Shown here one piece after another: positions 19,838 through 29,508 of a stretch of 64,000 nt of DNA. The notes beneath the pieces were generated by a model that saw only the letters and a list, made by a program, of their open reading frames with translations, had not been told where the DNA came from and did not search any database. A program made the translations under genes and the position numbers. The first letter of the stretch is position 1; each line of letters opens with the position of its first letter. This stretch comes from Porphyromonas sp. (GTDB lineage Bacteria > Bacteroidota > Bacteroidia > Bacteroidales > Porphyromonadaceae): NCBI GenBank assembly GCA_022772085.1, contig JALFBN010000009.1, positions 22,428-86,427 of the forward strand, in the 5' to 3' direction.

Positions 19838-19885
19838 CTCTCTTAGGACTCGTTATTATAGGATTCGTTTAACAAAAATCTTTTG

Positions 19886-19893
19886 CAAAGGTA
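19886..19893 (-). promoter_or_regulatory. -7 promoter box (TACCTTTG) for TolC-NifX operon
   Basis: CAAAGGTA on +, 48 nt upstream of the TolC start. Confidence 0.6.
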
Positions 19894-20030
19894 CAATATA
19901 TATCCTAGTTCACCACCTATTGCGCGAAGAGAGGTTGCGATCAGGCCTTATCAGCCCCGGCAGCACAAGGAAATCCAACGGATCTCCTCCCTCTACTCAA
20001 AGAGAACGAAGTCCGTCGGAATAGGAATCT

Positions 20031-20864
20031 TTAGCGGAAATCCTCTCTTCTGGAAAAGAGTTGGATCAGCTGAATGAAAAGGTTAATCACATCTAAATAA
20101 AGATGGAATGCCGACTGGAGAACAAACTTATTTGCATCCTGATCGGACATATGCCCATTGTCTCGCTGGAGCATCTGCTTAATTCCATTGATACTAAGCA
20201 CCGTCATACCTGCAAAGAGAACCACCCCGATGAAAGAGGTTATCCACGTAATAATGGGATGATCGGCAAAAATCCCCACGACAGAGGCGAGTCCAAAGCC
20301 AATCAGAACCATAATGCCAATACTTCCCAAGGAACTGAGATCTCTCTTTGTAGTCAGTCCGATAAGGCACATAACACCAAACATAACTGCGGTTATAGCT
20401 AGAGCTGCGATAATCGAAAAGGCATCGTATCCCATAAAGATCGAAGAGAGGGTCAACCCGTTGGAGAGGCTATACAAGATGAAAAAGACGAGCAAAACCT
20501 TGTAACTCATCTTATGTAAGAAAAAGGAACATCCCACCCCCATAACGAGCTGCAAGAGCATAAAGATAGGCATAAACCACATAAAATTGAACGAGGGCAT
20601 CCCACCACCGGATACTACCGTCTCCATGATACGAAGAGGATTGAGCAGATAGGCCAAGATGAATCCGGAACCCGTGGAGATAACAAGCCCTACGGTAATC
20701 CAAAGAAAGATCTTGGTATAGATGGTTTTTGGATCGTGAGGAGGATAGTCGGGGCGTGGCTCTTGATTTTGAGGTTGCGGTGTCATACCATTCATCATAC
20801 CGAATGGTGAAAATTGTTGTCCCGTCCCCATAGGACGAAACATAGAGAATAGATTTCCAAGCAT
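20031..20864 (-). CDS. Bax inhibitor-1/YccA (TMBIM) family protein, divergent copy
   Basis: About 7 TM segments, KRDLSSLGSI, LYLDVINLF; Met/Pro/Gln-rich N-terminal extension. Confidence 0.88.
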   Translation of the reverse strand: MLGNLFSMFRPMGTGQQFSPFGMMNGMTPQPQNQEPRPDYPPHDPKTIYTKIFLWITVGLVISTGSGFILAYLLNPLRIMETVVSGGGMPSFNFMWFMPIFMLLQLVMGVGCSFFLHKMSYKVLLVFFILYSLSNGLTLSSIFMGYDAFSIIAALAITAVMFGVMCLIGLTTKRDLSSLGSIGIMVLIGFGLASVVGIFADHPIITWITSFIGVVLFAGMTVLSINGIKQMLQRDNGHMSDQDANKFVLQSAFHLYLDVINLFIQLIQLFSRREDFR

Positions 20865-20965
20865 GATAATAAGCGTTTTTCTTTTAGGTCAATAAGTTTG
20901 TATTTTACATGAGAATTTGATTCAACAGGAAAAGCTACCGAAGTAGAGAGGAAGGGGAGCAGAGA

Positions 20966-21018
20966 AAACTCACCGCCTTACTCCCATCGCTCATGGGATG
21001 TTATAAGGCGGTAAGTTT
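20966..21018 (-). terminator. Long hairpin after upstream YccA copy
   Basis: AAACT-ACCGCCTTA-TCCCAT..ATGGGA-TAAGGCGGT-AGTTT; G-U pairing and a following U-run on the - strand. Confidence 0.6.
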
Positions 21019-21027
21019 AGAAGTCTA

Positions 21028-21774
21028 TCAACGTCTGTTGCCACCCAAAAGGCGCAATATAAAGAGGAAGAGGTTGATAAAATCAAGGTAGAGCTCCAAC
21101 GACCCCAAAAGGGCTATCTTGTGCAATCCCTCGTCTGAAACGCATCCATTTTGCTCCACAAGGAGTCGGCGGATCTTCTGCGTATCATACACAGTAAGAG
21201 CAGAAAAAAGAACCACTCCGACAAGAGAAACGATCCACTCCATCAGCGACGATTGCAAAAACATATTGACGACGGAAGCGATAATAAGCCCAATAAGAGC
21301 CATAAAAAGAATACTCCCCAAAGAGGAGAGGTCGCGCTTAGTCACCGTACCCACAATAGCCATAATGGCGAACATCCCTGCCGATATGACAAAGGCCATC
21401 GCGACGGAAGTGGCGGTATAGGCGAGGAGAATAACACTCATGGTCACCCCATTGAGTACCGAGTAACCTGCCATCATCAGCACAGCCGTAGGGAAAGAGA
21501 CCTTATGAATCGCAGCCGAAAGCCCCATAACAAGCCCCAACTCTGCAATAAAAAGAACCCACATAACCCAACGGTTCATAATGATCATAGACATTATGGC
21601 GTCGGAACTATAAACGAGGAAGGCAGTGAGGGCTGTAAGCCCAAGAGCTCCAGCCATCCAATAGAAAACTTTGGTAAAAAGTCGCGTGGAATCAGTCGTT
21701 TCTACGATGATCTCGGGCCCTACCGAAGAGGATCCTCCACGGAAGGGGGGAGGTGTTAAGTTTTGATTGCTCAT
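21028..21774 (-). CDS. Bax inhibitor-1/YccA (TMBIM) family protein, canonical copy
   Basis: TKRDLSSLGSILFMALIGLII, LTVYDTQKI, LYLDFINLF. Confidence 0.92.
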   Translation of the reverse strand: MSNQNLTPPPFRGGSSSVGPEIIVETTDSTRLFTKVFYWMAGALGLTALTAFLVYSSDAIMSMIIMNRWVMWVLFIAELGLVMGLSAAIHKVSFPTAVLMMAGYSVLNGVTMSVILLAYTATSVAMAFVISAGMFAIMAIVGTVTKRDLSSLGSILFMALIGLIIASVVNMFLQSSLMEWIVSLVGVVLFSALTVYDTQKIRRLLVEQNGCVSDEGLHKIALLGSLELYLDFINLFLFILRLLGGNRR

Positions 21775-21790
21775 TGTTTTCTACAATAAA

Positions 21791-23641
21791 TTATTCGACA
21801 GTTACGGATTTAGCCAAGTTACGAGGTTGATCGACATCTTTTCCCTTACACACGGCAATATAGTAGGAGAGCAGTTGTAAGGGAATCACCGTAAGGAGCG
21901 GTTCCAAATCGGGAGCTATGGTGGGGACCTCAATTACAAAGTCCACCATATTGCGCACCTGCGTATCACCCTTATTGACAATGGCAATAATACGCCCCTT
22001 GCGAGCCTTAATCTCCTGAATATTGCTCACTATCTTTTCATAGATCTTATCACGCGTGGCAATGACAACGATTGGCATCTCCTCGTCAATGAGGGCTATC
22101 GGTCCGTGCTTCATTTCAGCGGCAGGATAGCCCTCTGCATGGATGTAAGAGATCTCCTTGAGTTTAAGAGCCCCCTCCAAAGCAACGGGGAAATTGATTC
22201 CTCGCCCCAGATAGATGAAGTTGTGCGCATAAGTAAAGCGGCTTGCAAGTCGCTCGATCATCTCCTTTTGCTCCAGGATTTCCTTCATCTTATCAGGCAA
22301 TACCGCAAGATCATCGATGATCTGCTCATAGTAAGTCTTGTCCAACGTTCCATTGGCACGTCCCAAACAGAGTGCGAGGAGGGTCAAAACGAGTACTTGC
22401 CCTGTGAAGGCTTTGGTCGAAGCCACCCCGATTTCGGGTCCAACATGAATATAAGTCCCCGAATCCGTTGTACGTGCAATGGACGAACCCACCGAATTAC
22501 ATATACCATAAATGAAAGCTCCCCGCTCCTTCGCAAGGCGAATGGCTGCCAATGTATCCGCCGTCTCACCCGACTGCGACATGGCAACCACAACATCCGA
22601 TGCATCTACAATGGGGTTTCTGTAACGGAATTCCGAAGAATACTCTACCTCCACGGGAATGCGTGCCAAGTTCTCGATCAACTGTTTACCTATGAGGGCA
22701 GCGTGCCACGAAGTGCCACAACCGACAATTACAATACGCCGAGCGGACAACAAGCGATCTCGATGATCAACGACAGAGGAGAGCACCACTTCTTTCAGTT
22801 CCGAATTGACACGACCACGCATACAGTCACACAACACACGGGGTTGATCCAAGATCTCTTTGATCATGAAGTGGGGATGCCCTTCCTTCTCGATCATGCC
22901 GAGATCAAGGGTTACCTTATTGATTTGAGGCTCGATCACCTCGCTGGATAACGTTTCGATATAAGGACTTTGACCCGGCACCAACTCCACAATATCCTCG
23001 TCATTGACAAAGATAATGTTGCGCGTGTACTCGATAATGGGAGATGAGTCCGAAGCCAAGAAAAACTCTCGATTGTCCTCTCCTACCCCGATGGCAAGGG
23101 GACTACTCTTACGAGCCGCCACGAGGTGCTGAGGCTCTTGTTTGTCGATAACGGCAATTGCATACGCTCCGATCACATGACGCAAAGCCTCCTGTACGGC
23201 ACGGAAAAGCGAGAGTTGGTACTTCTCTTTGGTAAACTCGATCAACTGCACCAGCACCTCGGTGTCTGTATCACTCTGAAACGAATATCCCTCTGCAATG
23301 AGCGAGCGTTTCAGCTCCCGATAGTTTTCAATGATGCCATTATGCACGAGGGCAATCTCCCGATTCTCGGAATAGTGCGGGTGCGCATTGCGCTCTGATG
23401 GCTCTCCGTGCGTTGCCCAACGCGTGTGGGCAATACCCAACAGACCATCTATGGGTTGCGACGCAGCGGCGCTTTCAAGATTCGCCACCTTGCCTTTTGT
23501 TTTGTACACCGCCAACTCCTTAGAGGAGAGTTGAAGTGCCACACCGGCACTATCATAGCCTCTATACTCCAGCCTTTTTAATCCTTTTATCAGTATGGGG
23601 TAAGCATCTCGCCACCCCGTATATCCTACAATTCCACACAT
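21791..23641 (-). CDS. glmS: Glutamine--fructose-6-phosphate transaminase (isomerizing)
   Basis: MCGIVG, LEYRGYDSAG, GIAHTRWATHG, SQSGETADT, VASTKAF, EMKHGP, NLAKSVTVE. Confidence 0.99.
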   Translation of the reverse strand: MCGIVGYTGWRDAYPILIKGLKRLEYRGYDSAGVALQLSSKELAVYKTKGKVANLESAAASQPIDGLLGIAHTRWATHGEPSERNAHPHYSENREIALVHNGIIENYRELKRSLIAEGYSFQSDTDTEVLVQLIEFTKEKYQLSLFRAVQEALRHVIGAYAIAVIDKQEPQHLVAARKSSPLAIGVGEDNREFFLASDSSPIIEYTRNIIFVNDEDIVELVPGQSPYIETLSSEVIEPQINKVTLDLGMIEKEGHPHFMIKEILDQPRVLCDCMRGRVNSELKEVVLSSVVDHRDRLLSARRIVIVGCGTSWHAALIGKQLIENLARIPVEVEYSSEFRYRNPIVDASDVVVAMSQSGETADTLAAIRLAKERGAFIYGICNSVGSSIARTTDSGTYIHVGPEIGVASTKAFTGQVLVLTLLALCLGRANGTLDKTYYEQIIDDLAVLPDKMKEILEQKEMIERLASRFTYAHNFIYLGRGINFPVALEGALKLKEISYIHAEGYPAAEMKHGPIALIDEEMPIVVIATRDKIYEKIVSNIQEIKARKGRIIAIVNKGDTQVRNMVDFVIEVPTIAPDLEPLLTVIPLQLLSYYIAVCKGKDVDQPRNLAKSVTVE

Positions 23642-24331
23642 ATTAGCTTATGGGGTTACACTCCATTTGCACCCGGCTCCAACACTCTCTGTCGGGGAAA
23701 GACAACACCAAGGGATACGCTTCCCCTCTATCTCTGCCGACTCTTCGGGCTTCTTTTACTTCCCGCGAAAATACAATAAAAATCCGAGATAGGAATCTTT
23801 TAATTATCCACATTCTCTTAATAAAATCCCGATATCAAAGAGGTACAACATTGCTATTATTTGGGGTTTGGAACGGAGATTTTTAGATAAGGGGCCCTCC
23901 TTCACGTCAAAACAAAAAGGTGTCAGTATACACCCATTACCTCATATTATATAGCTCCTCATAAAGACACCAAGGGGAGATGCACCATATACATGGAGCG
24001 GATTTATCCATATCTCCGCTTCAGAGGGCGGAGACGAAAGTCTTCTTACTGAAGAAAACAGAATCTTCATTAATGTCGTATTCGGGCTTACCTCCCATAA
24101 GGAGACAACCAAAGAAGACAAAAGAATAAAATCTATTGCCCTCTACTTTTTGAAGTTCTGCCCGGTATTTTCTAATTTACTGCCCTCGAGTTTTGACACA
24201 ACCAGCCTAAAAAGTTCACCTATTCCTCGGCTCTATACCACAAAGCACAAAAAACTCCCTGCAACGCCCCTCCACTATGGGAAAGAAGACGTCACAAGGA
24301 GCCGATAAGAGGGAGGGAAAAATCTCCCGAA

Positions 24332-25639
24332 TTACTTCTGAAGATAGGGGAACATCTTACGTGCAGCCTGCTCTAATTCTTCACGGAAATCAGGGTGCGC
24401 AATAGAGATCAAAGCCATGGCACGCTCGGCAACCGTTTTGCCACGCAGGCGTGCAATACCATACTCCGTTACGATGTAATCAACCTCGTTGCGACCGGTA
24501 GTAACCACAGAACCCTCCTTAAGGATCGGTACAATACGAGAGATCTCACCACCACGAGCCGTCGCAGGCATCGCAATAATGCTGATACCGCCCTTAGAAC
24601 GCTTCGCACCACGCAAAAAATCAACCTGACCGCCCGATCCACTGAAGAGTGTGTAACCGATACTCTCTGCTGTGAGCTGCCCCGTAAGATCCACTTCGAT
24701 GCAGGAATTGATCGACACGATATTATCATTTTCACCAATCACATAGGGGTCGTTGGTGTAGTCTACGGGATACATTGCCACCGCATCATTATTTTGTAGG
24801 AATCGGTATAACTCCTGCGATCCGAAGGTAAACGCAGAGACCACCTTACCCGGATGCAATGTCTTAGCCTTACCATTGATAATACCCATCTGCATGAGTT
24901 TCATCACCCCATCGGTGAACATTTCGGTATGAATACCAAGGTCCTTACGATCATGCAGGTTATTGAGTACCGCATCCGGGATTGCTCCAATACCCAACTG
25001 CAGGGTAGCACCGTCTCCCACAAGAGAGGCACAATACTCCCCGATCTTCGCTTCTACGGGACCAACAGCTCCGCCGGGGACTGTAACCAAGGGGGCATCC
25101 TCCTCAATGATGTAATCCAAACGCTCAACGGGCACAGCCGTATCTCCACCAAGGAATGGCATCTGCTTATTGAGAATGCCCACGACCACCCGAGCCTTAT
25201 CAACAGCAGCACGGGAGTAGTCGCACGAAACACCCAGCGAACAGATCCCCTCAGCATTCGGCATCGAAAGCTGTACTACTGCTACATCGACAGGATAAAA
25301 ACCCTCTTTGAAGAGTGCAGGGACTTCGTGGAAGTGACAAGGAAGAAAGTCCAACAAACCCTCTTTGTAGGCATTGCGAGACTGCTTGTCCATGAAATTA
25401 ACCATAGGATGTACCTTGTCCTTCATCTCGGGAGTCAGATACAGAGCCTTCCCAAAATAAAGCACGTGGAAAAGATTGATATGGGGCATCGTATCTCGCT
25501 GTGCATACATAGCCTCAATGTAGCGGTCTACATGGGCTGCACCACTACCGATAACTACATTGGCTCCCTCGAAAAGAGAGCGACGTACGGCCTCGTCAGC
25601 CGTAACAAGATGTTCTGTGTAATGCTTTTGCCAGTTCAT
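24332..25639 (-). CDS. Acetyl-CoA hydrolase/transferase family; probable 4-hydroxybutyrate CoA-transferase
   Basis: GATLQLGIGAIPDAV, DLGIHTEMFTDG, SGSGGQVDFLRGA, TEYGIARLRGK, AHPDFREEL. The substrate is inferred. Confidence 0.88.
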   Translation of the reverse strand: MNWQKHYTEHLVTADEAVRRSLFEGANVVIGSGAAHVDRYIEAMYAQRDTMPHINLFHVLYFGKALYLTPEMKDKVHPMVNFMDKQSRNAYKEGLLDFLPCHFHEVPALFKEGFYPVDVAVVQLSMPNAEGICSLGVSCDYSRAAVDKARVVVGILNKQMPFLGGDTAVPVERLDYIIEEDAPLVTVPGGAVGPVEAKIGEYCASLVGDGATLQLGIGAIPDAVLNNLHDRKDLGIHTEMFTDGVMKLMQMGIINGKAKTLHPGKVVSAFTFGSQELYRFLQNNDAVAMYPVDYTNDPYVIGENDNIVSINSCIEVDLTGQLTAESIGYTLFSGSGGQVDFLRGAKRSKGGISIIAMPATARGGEISRIVPILKEGSVVTTGRNEVDYIVTEYGIARLRGKTVAERAMALISIAHPDFREELEQAARKMFPYLQK

Positions 25640-25658
25640 TATAACTTATCGAATCTGT

Positions 25659-26294
25659 TTATTTACTGTTGATTAAAATCCGAGCTCGGGGCATCCCCTC
25701 CGCAATGTAACGCTCAAACTCTTCCGCTCCAAAGGTCTCAAAGTAGCCCCGATCGCAAACCGCCAAGAAAGTAAAAGGATTCGCATCCAAGATTAGAGCC
25801 TTGAGCTCCTCCAACGAGGGGTCTTGATCCAATGCATAATACTCGGAATAGGTCAAACGTAAAAATGCCGTATGAAGTCCAACTCCCCGATGATCCAACA
25901 AATAGCCCCCCGACAGCTCTCGAGGCTTCATGAAATGATCGGGACTGCCAAGATCATACCGAGAAGGATAACTCACGATCGTCTCTCCATCACTGGACAA
26001 TCGGATCGGAACCAGCTCTCGATAATCCCCTCGGGTTTTATAGATCACAACCGGAGGTAAAGCCGAAACAGGGGCTACACCACTACCAATAGGACGAGGC
26101 ATATGCCCATGAGAAGCCGACGTATCGCCTCCCAAGGGAGGAAGGTCTACCACGGCATTGAAGGGTTGATCTTCATTATTCATAGCGTTTTTTTGCGCAC
26201 TTGTTTTTTTAGGAGAACAGGAATATCCGCCCCAAGTCATGGCACAAAAACCGAAGAGGCAGAGGAGTTTTTTGAAAAAATTATTCATAGTCAC
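25659..26294 (-). CDS. Hypothetical lipoprotein
   Basis: Lipobox WGGYSC; compact folded C-terminal region (PPVVIYKTRGDY..VSYP..); stop of ApbE overlaps its start. Confidence 0.75.
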   Translation of the reverse strand: MTMNNFFKKLLCLFGFCAMTWGGYSCSPKKTSAQKNAMNNEDQPFNAVVDLPPLGGDTSASHGHMPRPIGSGVAPVSALPPVVIYKTRGDYRELVPIRLSSDGETIVSYPSRYDLGSPDHFMKPRELSGGYLLDHRGVGLHTAFLRLTYSEYYALDQDPSLEELKALILDANPFTFLAVCDRGYFETFGAEEFERYIAEGMPRARILINSK

Positions 26295-27334
26295 TTTTGT
26301 CTGTTTTTAGGAAAATGAGTACTCCGCCGCAACTCGTAAGGCTCTTCTGCCCCGAGGGGCAAAGCGACAATCAGGAGATACTCCACCCCGGGTATCGCTT
26401 GCAACATCCGTTCAGCAGCCTCAGCTCCCAATGCCATAGAAGCTGTGGCTAGAGCATCTGCCCGAAAGCAATCGGCATGCAAGATCGTGGCACTTAACAC
26501 ATCCGTCTCCATAGGACGCCCGGATCGGGGATCTATCGTATGAGCATAGAGCGTGCCATCATCCCGTACTTTGAAGTTGCGATAATTACCCGAAGTGGCG
26601 ACACCACCACCCTTTTGAGGTAATTCGATAATCTCTTCGTACTCATTGTAATGCTCCAATCCCAAGCTATCAAGCAGGGGTTTATTGATTCCGATTCTCC
26701 AGGGCTTACCCTCGGGATTTACACCGGCATAGGCAATCTCTCCGCCAATCTCCACCATGTAACTGGTGATCCCCTGCGCCTGCAAAGCTCGAGCAACATA
26801 GTCCGAAGCCATGCCCTTAGCGATTGAAGAAAAATCAATTTGCACTCGGGGATCGGACTTGATCAGCGTATCTCCTCGGAGGGTAACCTTCTGATACCCA
26901 ACAAATGACAAAATACTATCCAATGCCGACCGGGGCACTTCGCCATCAGGCCATGGAGAGGGTGCAAAGCCGAAGCCCCAGGCATTCACGAGCGGAGCCA
27001 CAGTGACGTCATAAGCCCCCTGAGAGCGTTCGGCATATTCTCGAGCAGCCGTCCACAATTCGATAAAGCCCGCATTGACTACCTGCGTGCGGTTATTGTT
27101 AATTGCATAGAGCAACGAGGTCGAATCAAAGGGATTGGCTGTATAATTAAGCTCCTGCAACGCGCGCTCCACAACCGCTTGAGCCGATGAATCCGAAGCA
27201 TAAGTCATATGGTACAACGTGTGAAATACTTCGCCTACCTCTCGGACATAATGCGTCTGCTCCTTGCAAGACGAAAAGCAGAACAGGATCAGGAATCCAA
27301 CGCCTGCCAGCAAATCTCGAAAAAAATGCTTCAT
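26291..27334 (-). CDS. apbE: FAD:protein FMN transferase (ApbE family) lipoprotein
   Basis: Lipobox FSSC; YDVTVAPLVNAWGFG, DFSSIAKG, MVEIGGE, ATSGNYR, HTIDPRSG, ADALATA. Confidence 0.95.
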   Translation of the reverse strand: MKHFFRDLLAGVGFLILFCFSSCKEQTHYVREVGEVFHTLYHMTYASDSSAQAVVERALQELNYTANPFDSTSLLYAINNNRTQVVNAGFIELWTAAREYAERSQGAYDVTVAPLVNAWGFGFAPSPWPDGEVPRSALDSILSFVGYQKVTLRGDTLIKSDPRVQIDFSSIAKGMASDYVARALQAQGITSYMVEIGGEIAYAGVNPEGKPWRIGINKPLLDSLGLEHYNEYEEIIELPQKGGGVATSGNYRNFKVRDDGTLYAHTIDPRSGRPMETDVLSATILHADCFRADALATASMALGAEAAERMLQAIPGVEYLLIVALPLGAEEPYELRRSTHFPKNRQK

Positions 27335-28308
27335 CCCAATTCTTCTCTAATATTGTAATCATTACGGTGGCTATTCTGACGGCTCAGCAGCTCACCCAGG
27401 AAGCCGGCACAAAAGAGCTGTGTACCGATAACCATTGCTGTAAGTGCAATATAAAAATAAACGCGATCGGTGACCAATGGGGCCGCAATACCTCGAGTAA
27501 GTGCCACGAATTTGGTAACCAAAACCACGATCAACGCCACAAAACCAACCAAAAAGACCAAACTGCCCCAAAGCCCAAAAAAGTGCATCGGCTTACGTCC
27601 AAATCTGGAGGTAAACCACAAGGTCAAAAGATCCAAATAGCCATGGAAATAGCGATCCCAACCAAACTTGGAAACTCCATACTTGCGCTTTGTATGCAAC
27701 ACGGCCCTCTCTGTAATGCGAGAGAAGCCTGCATTTTTTGCCAAATAGGGAATATAGCGATGCATATCGTTATACAATTCGATGCTCTTGACCACTTCAT
27801 GTCGATAGGCTTTAAGCCCACAATTGAAATCGTGCAGGTTGCGAATACCCGACACTCGACGTGCCGTAGCATTGAAGAGTTTGCTTGGAAGATTTTTGCT
27901 CAATACGGGGTCATACCTCTTTTTTTTCCATCCACTGACGAGGTCGTAGCCCTCCTCCGTGATCATGCGACACATGGCAGGTAACTCTTCAGGCTGATCT
28001 TGCAGATCGGCATCCAGCGTACAAACTACTCGCCCACGAGCACGTGCAAATCCACACTGAAGCCCCGGCGACTTGCCATAATTGCGTGCAAAGCGAAGTG
28101 CCCGAACTTCCGAGTGCTCCGCCCTTAGGCGCTCAATGACCGACCAAGAGTCATCTGTGCTGCCATCATCTACAAAGATTATTTCATATCGATACGATGC
28201 CTGAAGCATCGTCTGACGAATCCGATCGTGCAACTCCACAAGAGACTCCGCTTCGTTATACAGAGGGATCACCAAAGAGACATCGACAGGATATTCTCGG
28301 TCGAACAT
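27331..28308 (-). CDS. GT2 family polyisoprenyl-phosphate glycosyltransferase (GtrB/ArnC-like)
   Basis: Likely start MFDREY (28308); IPLYNEAESL, FVDDGSTD, RNYGKS, DADLQD, HDFNCGLKAY, two C-terminal TM helices. Confidence 0.92.
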   Translation of the reverse strand: MFDREYPVDVSLVIPLYNEAESLVELHDRIRQTMLQASYRYEIIFVDDGSTDDSWSVIERLRAEHSEVRALRFARNYGKSPGLQCGFARARGRVVCTLDADLQDQPEELPAMCRMITEEGYDLVSGWKKKRYDPVLSKNLPSKLFNATARRVSGIRNLHDFNCGLKAYRHEVVKSIELYNDMHRYIPYLAKNAGFSRITERAVLHTKRKYGVSKFGWDRYFHGYLDLLTLWFTSRFGRKPMHFFGLWGSLVFLVGFVALIVVLVTKFVALTRGIAAPLVTDRVYFYIALTAMVIGTQLFCAGFLGELLSRQNSHRNDYNIREELG

Positions 28309-28387
28309 AAAACCTGATCTGGAAAAGAGAATAAAAAAAAGGAGACTCGCTCGCCACAAGACGAACGAATCTCCTATACCGTCAAAC

Positions 28388-29476
28388 TTAAAAATCTAAA
28401 CTTCCCATGGGAGAGGTGGGTACGTGAGGTACTACCGGCGCAGGCGTAGGGATTGCTTTACGCACAGCATCTACAACGGGAGCAGGCACACCTTTAGCTC
28501 CTCCGGCTACATCTTTGATACCGCCCAACGCAGACAAGATCGCTGTGGCCTCATAGGGAAGATAAACCACCTTGTCACTCTTATTCGCACCCATCGTACC
28601 CAACACTTCGAGATAGCGCATTGCAATTAGGTATTGGGCAGGATCGGCACCCGAAGCCCCCACAGCATCGGTAATACGACGGATCGCTTCAGCCTCCCCT
28701 TCGGCGCGAAGCACTTTGGCTTGTTTCTCTGCTTCGGCAGCCAAGATCTCTGCTTGACGAGCCCCCTCTGCGTGGTTAATAGACTCCTGCATCTTACCTT
28801 CCGACTCACGGATAACAGCCTCCTTTTGACCCTCTGCAGTAAGGATCTGAGCGCGCTTATCACGCTCAGCACGCATCTGCTTCTCCATGGCATCTCGAAT
28901 GTCTCGAGGAGGGTTGATATCTTGGAGCTCTACACGATTGACTTTAACGCCCCATTTATTGGTTGCATCATCAAGGATATCGCGTAATTTGCTGTTAATG
29001 GTATCACGACTGGTAAGTGTTTCATCCAAATCCATCTCCCCAATCACGTTACGCAAACTCGTTTGGGTCAGCATCTCGATAGCAACAGGCAAATTGCTAA
29101 TTTCGTACATGGCACGCATGGGATCGACAATTTGGAAATAGAGAATCGCGTTGATCTCCGTTACTACATTGTCTCGTGTGATTACGCTCTGACGTGCAAA
29201 GTCGTAGACGGTCTCGCGCAGGTCAATGTGCGTTACACTACTAAAGCGAACGATAGGCGTCCCCTTAGAACTTTGCAAGGAGTAACGCCAAACGATCGGA
29301 CGAGCTTTATCAATAAAGGGAATGATGATATTAACACCTGATGATAGTGTTTTGTGATAGCGGCCAAGGCGTTCGATGATAACCGTTTCGCTCTGCTGAA
29401 CGATCATCAAACCCTTGACTATGAAAAAGAAGACGAGCAAAACAATAGCTCCAACAACAATCAGTGTACTGGTCAT
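28388..29476 (-). CDS. SPFH/stomatin-like (QmcA-type) membrane protein
   Basis: N-terminal TM, IIERLGRY, VITRDNV, LRNVIGEMDLDETLTSRD, MEKQMRAERDKRA. Confidence 0.93.
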   Translation of the reverse strand: MTSTLIVVGAIVLLVFFFIVKGLMIVQQSETVIIERLGRYHKTLSSGVNIIIPFIDKARPIVWRYSLQSSKGTPIVRFSSVTHIDLRETVYDFARQSVITRDNVVTEINAILYFQIVDPMRAMYEISNLPVAIEMLTQTSLRNVIGEMDLDETLTSRDTINSKLRDILDDATNKWGVKVNRVELQDINPPRDIRDAMEKQMRAERDKRAQILTAEGQKEAVIRESEGKMQESINHAEGARQAEILAAEAEKQAKVLRAEGEAEAIRRITDAVGASGADPAQYLIAMRYLEVLGTMGANKSDKVVYLPYEATAILSALGGIKDVAGGAKGVPAPVVDAVRKAIPTPAPVVPHVPTSPMGSLDF

Positions 29477-29508
29477 ATCCTGTCGATTTATATGATTTCT
29501 ATATATTC

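Noticed and set aside
22106-22951. 281-aa + strand ORF, and similar ORFs at 44206-45231, 45403-46188, 60109-60894 and 63136-63834
   Set aside because: In-register antisense shadows of glmS, nifJ, rnr and pyrH.
23642-23780. Possible glmS ribozyme
   Set aside because: The conserved core (AGCGC after the cleavage site, GACGAGG) was not found; kept only as a generic structured-leader finding.
23650-23886. 78-aa + strand ORF upstream of glmS
   Set aside because: Non-ATG start, overlaps the putative glmS leader and has no motif.
24015-24070. GACGAAAGTC plus CTGAAGA, hammerhead-like words
   Set aside because: Order and spacing leave no room for stems I and III; the GAAA is a simple tetraloop.
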